Of a stretch of 64,000 bases of DNA, positions 28,656-38,194 are shown one piece after another. The notes beneath the pieces are model-generated. The model was not told the DNA's origin. It was given only the letters and a program-made list of their open reading frames with translations, and made no database searches. Every line of letters begins with the position of its first letter. Position 1 is the stretch's first letter. The position numbers and the translations under genes are program-made. Source of the DNA: Candidatus Poribacteria bacterium (lineage in GTDB: Bacteria; Poribacteria; WGA-4E; PCPOR2b); the NCBI GenBank assembly GCA_965208675.1, contig OZ242351.1, positions 2,816,001-2,880,000 of the forward strand, read 5' to 3'.

Positions 28656-30968
28656 ATGGCAATTAGACGAAAACAACTATGGATAGGATTGAGTTTTTTT
28701 CTTATCAGTATCCATCTCACGCATTCTAGAATGGCCGTGGCGGAAGCACACCCCATTGAGTTGGAGGAAATCACCGTCATAACCCGCGTCCCAAAAGACA
28801 GTTTCCGAACACCGAACTCGATTTCCGTCATTGACCGCGCGCAAATTGAACGCATCAACGCCGACATCACACCCCGAATTCTACGCGAAACCGTTGGAAT
28901 CTGGGCGCAGCAAACGACTGCCGGGCAAGGTTCGCCAATGCTGCGTGGACTCACCGGTTATCAAGCTTTTCTTTCTATAGATGGCGTCCGACTCAACAAC
29001 TCTACCTTTCGCTCCGGTCCAAATCAGTATTTGGGGACAATAAGTCCGGCTAGCCTTGACAGAATTGAAGTGTTGCGGGGCGCTGGCTCAATGCTATACG
29101 GTAGCGGCGCCATGGGGGGCGTCATTAGCATGTTCACCAAAGATGTAATCATGGAAAATGCCACGGAAAAATGGAACATCCAGTCCCGCACCTTCGGTCG
29201 ATTCGCTTCTGGAACTTCAGAACGGCTCGGACGCTTTGAGGTAATGGGAAACCGCAAGCGGCTCGGGTTTTCGTTCGGTGCGTCCGCCCGCCGGTTCGGT
29301 GACATCAATCCGGGCAGCGGTTACGACCTGCACTACAAGAACCGTAAATTTGAGATTGTCAGCGAAAACCCGTCAGGCGTAGAAGTCTTTGAAGCTCCGC
29401 CGAAAGATGTGCCGGAGCGTTGGCTGATTGACTCTGAAGCACCGCTGGATTGGAGCGCATACGACGCCGACGCCAAACTCGCTTACCAACTCACCGATAC
29501 CAGTGCGGTAAACCTCGCCTACCAACTCTGGCGTCAGCCGAAAACTCCGCGCTACGACAAGATTGCACCGCGCGAGTACGACGAGTTCTTTTTTGAACCC
29601 CAGCACCGAGATCTTCTCTATGCGACTTATTTGGCTGAACCAACCAACTCCGCGATTGACCAGTTTCGATTCACCGCCTCATTTCATCGGCAGAAAGAAG
29701 GACGGAACGAACTCTTGCGGGATGCCACGGAAAGGCGAGAGCGGTTTGATACCGTCAACACGTTTGGTCTGAGTGCACAGGCAACCAATTCATCGCTACC
29801 AAGGCAGCGAGTTGTCACAGGCGGCGAATTCTACTTCGATACCCTTTTCAGCCAAACCGTCAAGACCGACATCACGACCGGCGCCGAGAAGGTGGACAAC
29901 ACGAAAGGCAGGTTTATTGACGGCTCGCAATTTTGGGACGCGAATCTCTACGTCCAGAATGAAATCGAACTGCACCACCGCCTCGAATTCACACTCGGCG
30001 GGCGATTTGCGCGCTATAACACGCAAGCCGACCTTTCGGTGCGTTCCGATCAGTTTACCGATTTTAACGAATCTGGGAACGCGCTCACTGGCAGTGCAGG
30101 CATCGTCGTAGGAGTCACTGACGGACTGAACCTCGTCGGCAATATTGCCACATCGTTCCGTGCACCTTCGCTGAATGATACCACCGCCGTTGAAGTCACA
30201 AACGAAGGTATTGACTCGCCTTCGCCCGACCTCGAATCAGAGACAGGGTGGACAGCAGAGGGCGGTCTTAAAGCTCGCTATCAGAAGTTTATCGGTTCGC
30301 TCACGCTTTTTCACAGTCGCATCAACGATTTGGTCACCCGTGTTGCAGTCGAAGACGCTTACACTGGAAAGGCGCTGCCAAGCCTGATTACGGAAATCCA
30401 GCGAAACAATCCGGGCATTGATGTCTATGTGTTCGACAATGTTGATGAGGTGCAGATTCAAGGCATCGAGTTTGCTGGAATGCTCCCTATTCAAAACAGT
30501 TGGTCAATCTACGGAAACGCGGCTTACACGCGCGGGAAGGTGTTGGCGCTTAACGGTGCAGAACCTAATCCCAATAACCCGTGGGAAGAACGGATTCGCC
30601 GCGAACCGCCGCTCAACGGAATGTTCGGTATCCGCTGGCACCCGTCAGCTAGGCGGTACTGGGGAGAATTTTTCGTTCGCGGCGCAACCGAGCAGCGGCG
30701 ATTGAATCGCAGTGACATTCGAGACCCGCGAATCCCCGGCACTACCCGCGATACAGGTGAGGTCGAGTTTGATTCAAACGGTGCAGCGATTGGTCAAGGT
30801 TCGGCAGGTTGGGTCACGCTTAATCTGCGCGGCGGTTATCAACTGACAGATTACAATCGACTCACGTTTGCACTAGAAAACCTGTTGGATGAGCGGTATC
30901 GCGAGCACGGTTCCGGCATCAACGCACCGGGTTTGAATGTGATTGTCAGCCTAGACAATCAATACTAA
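28656..30968 (+). CDS. TonB-dependent receptor
   Basis: ATG at 28656 with AAGGAG RBS, signal peptide, TonB box 'LEEITV', plug 'IEVLRG..S.LYG..A.GGVI' and 'ENLLD..Y'. Confidence 0.92.
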   Translation: MAIRRKQLWIGLSFFLISIHLTHSRMAVAEAHPIELEEITVITRVPKDSFRTPNSISVIDRAQIERINADITPRILRETVGIWAQQTTAGQGSPMLRGLTGYQAFLSIDGVRLNNSTFRSGPNQYLGTISPASLDRIEVLRGAGSMLYGSGAMGGVISMFTKDVIMENATEKWNIQSRTFGRFASGTSERLGRFEVMGNRKRLGFSFGASARRFGDINPGSGYDLHYKNRKFEIVSENPSGVEVFEAPPKDVPERWLIDSEAPLDWSAYDADAKLAYQLTDTSAVNLAYQLWRQPKTPRYDKIAPREYDEFFFEPQHRDLLYATYLAEPTNSAIDQFRFTASFHRQKEGRNELLRDATERRERFDTVNTFGLSAQATNSSLPRQRVVTGGEFYFDTLFSQTVKTDITTGAEKVDNTKGRFIDGSQFWDANLYVQNEIELHHRLEFTLGGRFARYNTQADLSVRSDQFTDFNESGNALTGSAGIVVGVTDGLNLVGNIATSFRAPSLNDTTAVEVTNEGIDSPSPDLESETGWTAEGGLKARYQKFIGSLTLFHSRINDLVTRVAVEDAYTGKALPSLITEIQRNNPGIDVYVFDNVDEVQIQGIEFAGMLPIQNSWSIYGNAAYTRGKVLALNGAEPNPNNPWEERIRREPPLNGMFGIRWHPSARRYWGEFFVRGATEQRRLNRSDIRDPRIPGTTRDTGEVEFDSNGAAIGQGSAGWVTLNLRGGYQLTDYNRLTFALENLLDERYREHGSGINAPGLNVIVSLDNQY

Positions 30969-31263
30969 TCGAAGGGAATTTGCCGGAGGTCCAAATGAAC
31001 CGGAGGCCTCGGGAGATGCACCAAACAGAGCAAAGGTACATCTGAATTGCACCGATTTGTGCAAGGGCGGACTCACGAAAATAAATTCCAAAATGTTGGT
31101 ACGGCTGGAAATAACGGGCATACCGAGCCGAAAAACGAAGTGGTGAATCCGTTGGCACGTATTTTGCCCGCCCATTTAATCACCTCGAAGACACTGATTG
31201 AGTTTCGAAAACTAGAATTCTCGGAAGTGAGTATCTACGTGATGATTAAAGAGGAGCGAGACA

Positions 31264-33510
31264 ATGCAAGCAGACAAGAATAACCAATTCATTAAAACGG
31301 CACTATCCGTAAGATTCATACTACTCGTATTTGTAACGGTTGTATGTGTATCAAACAGCTCCGCCCAAGATTCTCCGCAATGGGGTCTGCCCGATGGCGC
31401 TAAGGCCCGCCTCGGTAAAGGTGTGATAAATGAATTGCAATATTCGCCCGACGGCACCCGCCTTGCAGTGGCTAGCGGTATCGGTATTTGGCTCTACGAT
31501 ACGGCAACCCACCAAGAGATCGCCCTAATCGCTGGGAATATGTCTGCCGAAAGCGCTGCCTTCAGTCCCGATGGCCGCACCATAGCAAGTGTAAGTGGTG
31601 AAACTATCCGATTTTGGGACGCCGATACGGGCGAACCCCTGCGAACTGTTACCGTATCGGATTCGGTCGAAAGCGTTGTGTTCAGACCCGATGGTCGTGC
31701 CATCACAAGTAGCACGATCTGGGATATTGTTGGCGACGGGGATGTTGTATATACCATCCGTCTATGGGACGCTGATACGGGCGAACTTCTACACACGCTC
31801 ACCGGGCATTCTAGTATTGTTGAAATCGTTGCGTTTAGTCCAGATGGACACACTGTCGCCAGCGGGGGTTGGGATGCTACCGTCCGGATGTGGAACGCTG
31901 ACACGGGCGAAATCCTTCAAACCCTCACCGGGCATTTTGGTAGTGTCGATAGCATTGCATTCAGTCCAGATGGCACAATGCTTGCCAGCGCGGACTTTTT
32001 CGAAATTCGGTTGTGGGACGTTGCTACAGGCGAACTTCTCCGGACGTTCGAGCCGGAAAGAAGTGGCGTCAATGGCATCGCATTCAGCCCGGATGGCATA
32101 ACGCTTGCCAGTGGGATTTGGGAAGATATTCATCTGTGGGACACTGCTTCGGGCGAACTCATCCGAACGCTCAACGGACATACGAGTTGGGTCAATAGCG
32201 TTGCGTTCAATCCTGATGGACGCACTATCACCAGTCACAGCCGCAACGGCGCCATCCGAATGTGGGACGTTACCTCGGGCAGCCACATCGGAACGCTCAA
32301 CGGGCATACGAGTTCGCTCAGGAGCATCGCGCTCGCCCCTGACGGCGCGACGCTCGCTGGCGGGAGTGATGTCGGAACCGTATGGCTATGGGACGCTGAG
32401 GCTGGCGAACTCCTGCGTACGCTCCAGGCACATAGCGATTCTATCAATAGTGTCGCATTTAGCTCAGATGGTACAACGCTCGCTAGCGGGAGTGATGACA
32501 GTACTGTACGGCTGTTAGACATTGCCGCTGGCAAACATTTAAGAACGCTCAGCGAGCATAAATTAAGAGTCAATAGCGTCGCATTCAGCCCAGATGGTGA
32601 CAGAATCGTCAGCGGAGGTTATGACAGTCGGGCGCGACTTTGGGACGCTGACACAGGCAACTACCTGCTAACTTTCGACGAACATACAGGTTCCGTCAAT
32701 AGCGTCGCATTCCACCCAAATGGGCGCACTGTTGCCAGTGCGGGGCACGACAGTTTCATCCGCCTGTGGGACGCTGACACGGGCAAGCAGTTAAAAACGC
32801 TCGAAGGGCATACGGGTGCCGTCGGTAGTATCGCTTTTAGTCCTGACGGTGCAACGCTCGCTAGTGGGAGCTGGAAAGAGATTTTTCTGTGGGACACAGC
32901 ATCGGGCGAACTACTGCAAATACTCAGCGGACATACGAGTTCGGCCAGTAGCCTCGCCTTCAGCCCGAATGGCAATACGCTCGCTGGCGGAAACTCGGAA
33001 GAGATATACTTGTGGGACGTTGCCACAGGCAACCACCTGCGAACACTCGCCGGGCATGCGAGGTCGGTCAGTAGTGTCGCTTTCAACCATGATGGTGACA
33101 CCCTCGCTAGTGCGAGTTGGGATGGCACCGTGTTGCTGTGGGAAATCACCGCATCAACCGGTGTTGGGATTTCGGTGGAACCGTTGGAAAGCCGCATCAC
33201 GACGTTGGGAAACATCAAACGCACGGCGCTGCTGCAGAATTATCCAAATCCGTTCAACCCCGAAACCTGGATACCTTATCAGTTGGAACAAGACGCTTCC
33301 GTCACCTTAACCATCTATGACCAGAGCGGCCATATCGTCCGCACCCTCGACATTGGAAATCAAGTTTCAGGAGTCTACCGAGCCAAATCAGAAGCGGCGT
33401 ATTGGGACGGCCGCAACCAAAACGGAGAGCCCGTCACCAGCGGCGCATATTTCTATCAACTCCGGGCAGATAATTACACCGAGTTACGGCGGATGGTGAT
33501 CGTCAAGTAG
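31264..33510 (+). CDS. Secreted WD40 protein (14 repeats) with C-terminal FlgD-Ig/T9SS-CTD-like domain, paralog 1
   Basis: Signal peptide, 14 xSPDG-type repeats, and tail 'LLQNYPNPFNPETWIPYQL...WDGRN..GE.V.SG.YFY.L'. Confidence 0.9.
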   Translation: MQADKNNQFIKTALSVRFILLVFVTVVCVSNSSAQDSPQWGLPDGAKARLGKGVINELQYSPDGTRLAVASGIGIWLYDTATHQEIALIAGNMSAESAAFSPDGRTIASVSGETIRFWDADTGEPLRTVTVSDSVESVVFRPDGRAITSSTIWDIVGDGDVVYTIRLWDADTGELLHTLTGHSSIVEIVAFSPDGHTVASGGWDATVRMWNADTGEILQTLTGHFGSVDSIAFSPDGTMLASADFFEIRLWDVATGELLRTFEPERSGVNGIAFSPDGITLASGIWEDIHLWDTASGELIRTLNGHTSWVNSVAFNPDGRTITSHSRNGAIRMWDVTSGSHIGTLNGHTSSLRSIALAPDGATLAGGSDVGTVWLWDAEAGELLRTLQAHSDSINSVAFSSDGTTLASGSDDSTVRLLDIAAGKHLRTLSEHKLRVNSVAFSPDGDRIVSGGYDSRARLWDADTGNYLLTFDEHTGSVNSVAFHPNGRTVASAGHDSFIRLWDADTGKQLKTLEGHTGAVGSIAFSPDGATLASGSWKEIFLWDTASGELLQILSGHTSSASSLAFSPNGNTLAGGNSEEIYLWDVATGNHLRTLAGHARSVSSVAFNHDGDTLASASWDGTVLLWEITASTGVGISVEPLESRITTLGNIKRTALLQNYPNPFNPETWIPYQLEQDASVTLTIYDQSGHIVRTLDIGNQVSGVYRAKSEAAYWDGRNQNGEPVTSGAYFYQLRADNYTELRRMVIVK

Positions 33511-33611
33511 CGACAAAAAATTGCAGCGAATTCGAGTTATTTATAAATCTTGTTTCTACAACTACTAGGGACGAGATAATTAAAGATTTTCAAACATGAA
33601 GAGTAATTGCT

Positions 33612-35801
33612 ATGAAGACAACGTGGGTTTTCAACATTAGCCTATTGTTCGCTTCGGCTCTATGTTTGCCGCACAGTCACGCCCAAGATTCTCCGCAATG
33701 GGGTCTGCCCGATGGCGCTAAAGCCCGCCTCGGCAAAGGTGTGATAAATGAAATACAGTATTCGCCCGACGGCACCCGCCTTGCGGTGGCTAGCGGTATC
33801 GGTATTTGGCTTTACGATACGGCGACCCATCAAGAGGTCGCCCTACTCGCCCCGAATATGTATGTCGAAAGCGTTGCGTATAGTCCGGATGGACGCACCA
33901 TCGCTAGTGAGAGTCGGGACAATACCATCCAGCTTTGGGACGCTGATACGGGGGACCTCCGGCTAACGATCAACGTATCGGGTTTGGTCAATAACATCGC
34001 GTTCAGTCCCGATGGACGTACACTCGCTAGTGGGAGCGGGGACACTATTCGATTGTGGGACACAGATACCGGAAATCACCATCGAACACTCACCGGAAAT
34101 ATGGGTTCCATCTATAGTATAGCTTTCAGTCCCGATGGCAGCACCGTCGCTAGCGGGGGTAGAGACACCACAATCCGCTTGTGGGACGCCGACACGGGAA
34201 ATCTCCGGCGTACGATCGAAGGGCATTCCAGTTACATCTATAGCGTTGGGTTCAGTCCCGATAGCAGCACCATCGCTAGTGGGAGTAGAGACACTACCAT
34301 TCGACTGTGGAACGCTGATACAGGAAATCTTCGTCAAACGATTGACGCATCGGGTTCGGTCGAAAGCATAACGTTCAGTCCCGATGGACGAACCATCGCT
34401 AGTAGGAGTAGAGACACTACCATTCGACTGTGGAACGCTGATACAGGAAATCTTCGTCAAACGATTGACGCATCGGGTTCGGTCGAAAGCATAGTGTTCA
34501 GTCCCAATGGCAGCACCATCGCTAGCGGGGGTAGAGACACCACAATCCGCTTGTGGGACGCTAATACGGGAAATCTCCGGTTCACGATTGGTGGACATAC
34601 AGGCTGGGTCGAAAGCGTCGCCTTCAGTCCCGATGGACGAACCATCGCTAGCAGTAGTGGCAATACCATCAGTCTATGGGATAGTGATAGGGGAAACCTT
34701 CGGCGTACGATCGCAGGACATACGGGTTGGATCGAAAGCGTCGCCTTCAGTCCCGATGGATTCACTCTCGCTAGCAGTGGTGGCAATACCATCCGCCTAT
34801 GGGACGCTAATACGGGAGAACACCTGCGAACCCTCAACAAATATGCGTTTGGTTTGGAGGACTCCAGTGTCGCTTTTAGTCCCGATGGACGCACTATTGC
34901 CAGTAGTAGTAGGGGAAATAACTTTCATCTGTGGGACACCGATACGGGAAAACTTCGGCGTACAGTTGCAACCGCAGGACATTCGGGTTGGGTCAATAGC
35001 GTCGCTTTCAGCCCTAATGGAAACACACTCGCAACTGGCGGTGGCAATACCATCCGCCTATGGGATGCTGATACGGGAAAACTTCGGCGTACAATCGCAG
35101 GGGCGGGTTCGGTCGATAGTGTAACCTTCAGTTTCGATGGACGAACCATCGCTAGCGGAGGTGGTGACGATACCATCCGACTGTGGGACGCTGATACGGG
35201 AAACCTCCGGCGAACAATCCCCGGATCGGGATCGGTCAAAAGCGTCGTCTTCAGTCCCGATGGACACACACTCGCGAGTGTATGGAGTTGGGACGGTTCC
35301 ATCCGCCTATGGGACGCTCGTACAGGAAAACTCCGGCGAACGATTACAGTACACACAAGCTCGGTCAATAGCGTCGCTTTCAGTCCCGACGGATACACGC
35401 TCGCTAGCGCGAGTTGGGACGGCACCGTGTTGCTGTGGGAACTTTCGTCCTCTATCGGAGTTGGGGTGGAACCGTTGGGAAGACACCTGACCACCATGGG
35501 AAACATCAAACGGACGGCGTTGCTGCAAAATTATCCAAATCCGTTCAACCCCGAAACTTGGATACCGTATCAGTTGGAAAAAGATGCTTTGGTCACCTTA
35601 ACCATCTATGACCAGGGCGGTCATATCGTCCGTTTTCTCGACATTGGACGTCAGGATTCAGGAGTCTACCGAGATAAAGCAGATGCGGCGTGTTGGGATG
35701 GCCGCAACCAAAACGGAGAACCTGTAACCAGCGGCACTTATTACTATCAACTCCGTGCGGGCGACTATACCGCGTTACGGCGAATGGTAATCGTTAAATA
35801 G
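33612..35801 (+). CDS. Secreted WD40 protein (14 repeats) with Ig-like tail, paralog 2
   Basis: Same architecture as paralog 1, with internally near-identical repeats. Confidence 0.9.
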   Translation: MKTTWVFNISLLFASALCLPHSHAQDSPQWGLPDGAKARLGKGVINEIQYSPDGTRLAVASGIGIWLYDTATHQEVALLAPNMYVESVAYSPDGRTIASESRDNTIQLWDADTGDLRLTINVSGLVNNIAFSPDGRTLASGSGDTIRLWDTDTGNHHRTLTGNMGSIYSIAFSPDGSTVASGGRDTTIRLWDADTGNLRRTIEGHSSYIYSVGFSPDSSTIASGSRDTTIRLWNADTGNLRQTIDASGSVESITFSPDGRTIASRSRDTTIRLWNADTGNLRQTIDASGSVESIVFSPNGSTIASGGRDTTIRLWDANTGNLRFTIGGHTGWVESVAFSPDGRTIASSSGNTISLWDSDRGNLRRTIAGHTGWIESVAFSPDGFTLASSGGNTIRLWDANTGEHLRTLNKYAFGLEDSSVAFSPDGRTIASSSRGNNFHLWDTDTGKLRRTVATAGHSGWVNSVAFSPNGNTLATGGGNTIRLWDADTGKLRRTIAGAGSVDSVTFSFDGRTIASGGGDDTIRLWDADTGNLRRTIPGSGSVKSVVFSPDGHTLASVWSWDGSIRLWDARTGKLRRTITVHTSSVNSVAFSPDGYTLASASWDGTVLLWELSSSIGVGVEPLGRHLTTMGNIKRTALLQNYPNPFNPETWIPYQLEKDALVTLTIYDQGGHIVRFLDIGRQDSGVYRDKADAACWDGRNQNGEPVTSGTYYYQLRAGDYTALRRMVIVK

Positions 35802-35908
35802 TACCGTACAATTAATGTGAGAAACCGAACTTTTCTAAAAACTGGAATCTGAGGTTACGACGTGCGATTTAAATTAAATTCGACACCCAAACATGGAGGG
35901 TTATTGCA

Positions 35909-38128
35909 ATGAAGAAAGCGGTGATTATTAAGCTAAGCTTATTGCTCGTTTCCGCTCTATGTTTGGCTCACAGCTTCGCCCAAGATGCTTCGCCATGGGG
36001 GCTGCCCGAGGGTGCTAAATCGAGAATCGGCAAAGGTTGGATAAATGAGATTCAGTATTCACCCGACGGCACTCGACTTGCGGTCGCCGGCAGTATCGGT
36101 GTTTGGCTTTATGATACCGCGGCCCATCAAGAGGTCGCTCTGCTCGCTGGGCATACAGATTGGGTGCATAGCGTTGCCTTCAGCCCCGATGGACGTACAA
36201 TCGCCAGTGGAAGCAAGGACGGAACCATCCGACTGTGGGACGGCGATAGGGGAAGTCATTTACGAACACTCCACGGACATAAGGATTCGGTCAATAGCGT
36301 TGCCTTCAGTCCCGATGGACGCACGATCGCTAGTGGGAGTAGGGACAATACAATCAGACTGTGGGCGGCCCATATCGGAGAACACCGACGAACCCTTACC
36401 GGGCATAAACGTGAGGTCAACAGCGTTGTGTTCAGTCACAACGGACGTACCATCGCTAGCGGGAGCGAGGACGGCACCATCAGCCTATGGGACGCTGACA
36501 CGGGAAATCACCAACAGACGATTGTCATGAATAAATCTGGCGTCGAAGGCGTTGCATTCAGTCCCGATGGGCGTGTCATTGCTAGTGAAGGAAGTACCAC
36601 TATCCGGCTGTGGGACGTTGACACCGGAAAACTCCTGCGAACACTCTTCGGATCGGGAAACGTTGCGTTCAGTCCCGATGGCCGCACAATCGCTAGTGGC
36701 GGGAGTTGGGACGGTACCATGTATCTCTGGAACACAGATACAGGAGAACTCCTGCGAACACTCTTTGGGCATACAGCTACGGTCCACAGCGTTGCGTTTA
36801 GTCCAAACGGGCGCACCATCGCTAGCGGGAGCGGCGACAACACCATCCGTCTATGGAACCCTGATACGGGAAATCACCAGCGAACGCTCACAAAACCGGG
36901 CGTGGTCAATAGCGTCGCGTTTAGCCCAAATGGACGAACCATCGCTAGCGGGAGCGGTGACAACGCCATCCGTCTATGGAACCCTGATACGGGAAATTTC
37001 CAGCAAACGCTCACAGGGCATACGGATTGGGTCTATAGCGTCGCTTTCAGTCCAGATGGAAATACTCTCGCTAGTGGGAGTTGGGACAATACCATCCGCT
37101 TATGGGAGGCAGATACAGGAAAACATCTACGTACACTAGATGAGCATACGGGTTCTGTCAACAGCGTCGCTTTCAGTCCTGATGGACTAATACTCGCTAG
37201 CGGGAGCGGTGACAAGACTATTCAATTATGGAACGCGGTTACTGGAGAACATCAGCGTACACTTACTGGTCATACGGATTGGGTCTATAGCGTTGCTTTC
37301 AGTCCCGATGGACGAACAATCGCTAGTGGCAGCGGTGACAAGACCATCCGATTGTGGGACGCTGATACCGGAAATTACCGGCGAACGCTCGATGGGCACA
37401 CGCGCTGGGTCTTTAGCGTCGCTTTCAGTCCCGATGGACGAACAATCGCTAGCGGCAGCGGTGACGACACCATCCGTTTATGGGATGTGGATACGGGACA
37501 ACCGCTGCGAACCCTCAAAGGACATACGGTTCCTGTCGAAAGCGTCGCTTTTAGTCCCGATGGACGTACAATCGCTAGTGGAAGTACCGATAATACAATT
37601 CGGCTTTGGGACACCGATACGGGTGAACTGGTGCGTACTACGCTCACAGGATATTCGGACTGGGTCTATAGTGTCGCGTTCAGTCCCGATGGACGCACAA
37701 TCGCGAGTGGCGGGATTCGGGAAATCGGTTGGAGTTGGGAAGGCACCGTGTTGCTGTGGGAACTTCCCGCTTCTAGCGGCGTTGGGGTCGGTGTGGAGCC
37801 ATTGGCAAAACTTACCACCATACTCGGAAACATCAAACGGACGGCGCTGCTGCAGAATTATCCGAACCCCTTCAACCCCGAAACCTAGATACCTTATCAG
37901 TTGGAACAAGATGCTTACGTCACCTTAACCATCTATGACCAGAGCGGTAATGTCGTCCGCATCCTTGACATTGGACATCAAAAACCGGGAGTCTACCGAG
38001 ACAAATCAGAAGCGGCGTATTGGGATGGCCGCAACCAATACGGAAAACCCGTAACCAGCGGCGCATATTTTTATCAGTTCCGGACAAATGATTACACCGA
38101 GTTACGGCAGATGGTAATCGTCAAGTAG
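35909..38128 (+). pseudogene. WD40/Ig-tail paralog 3, interrupted by an in-frame TAG at 37886-37888
   Basis: 14 repeats. The conserved Trp codon (TGG in the paralogs) reads TAG, and the tail continues intact in frame to 38128. Could still yield a functional 659-aa protein. Confidence 0.75.
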
Positions 38129-38194
38129 GAGATTGACGTGTTCACTGACTATTCTGCCGATTACGTTATTAATGTTGCAGTCTACAGAACTATA

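Noticed and set aside
37886-37888. Genome-wide amber recoding or pyrrolysine
   Set aside because: TAG terminates many normal genes here (fmt, ruvB, WD40 paralog 1), and no pyl genes are seen.
31494-37928. Many 100-240 aa alternative-frame and antisense ORFs
   Set aside because: They are shadows of repetitive WD40 coding sequence with no independent motifs.
31264-38128. Diversity-generating retroelement acting on the WD40 genes
   Set aside because: No reverse transcriptase or non-coding template repeat is in the window, and differences are not visibly adenine-specific.
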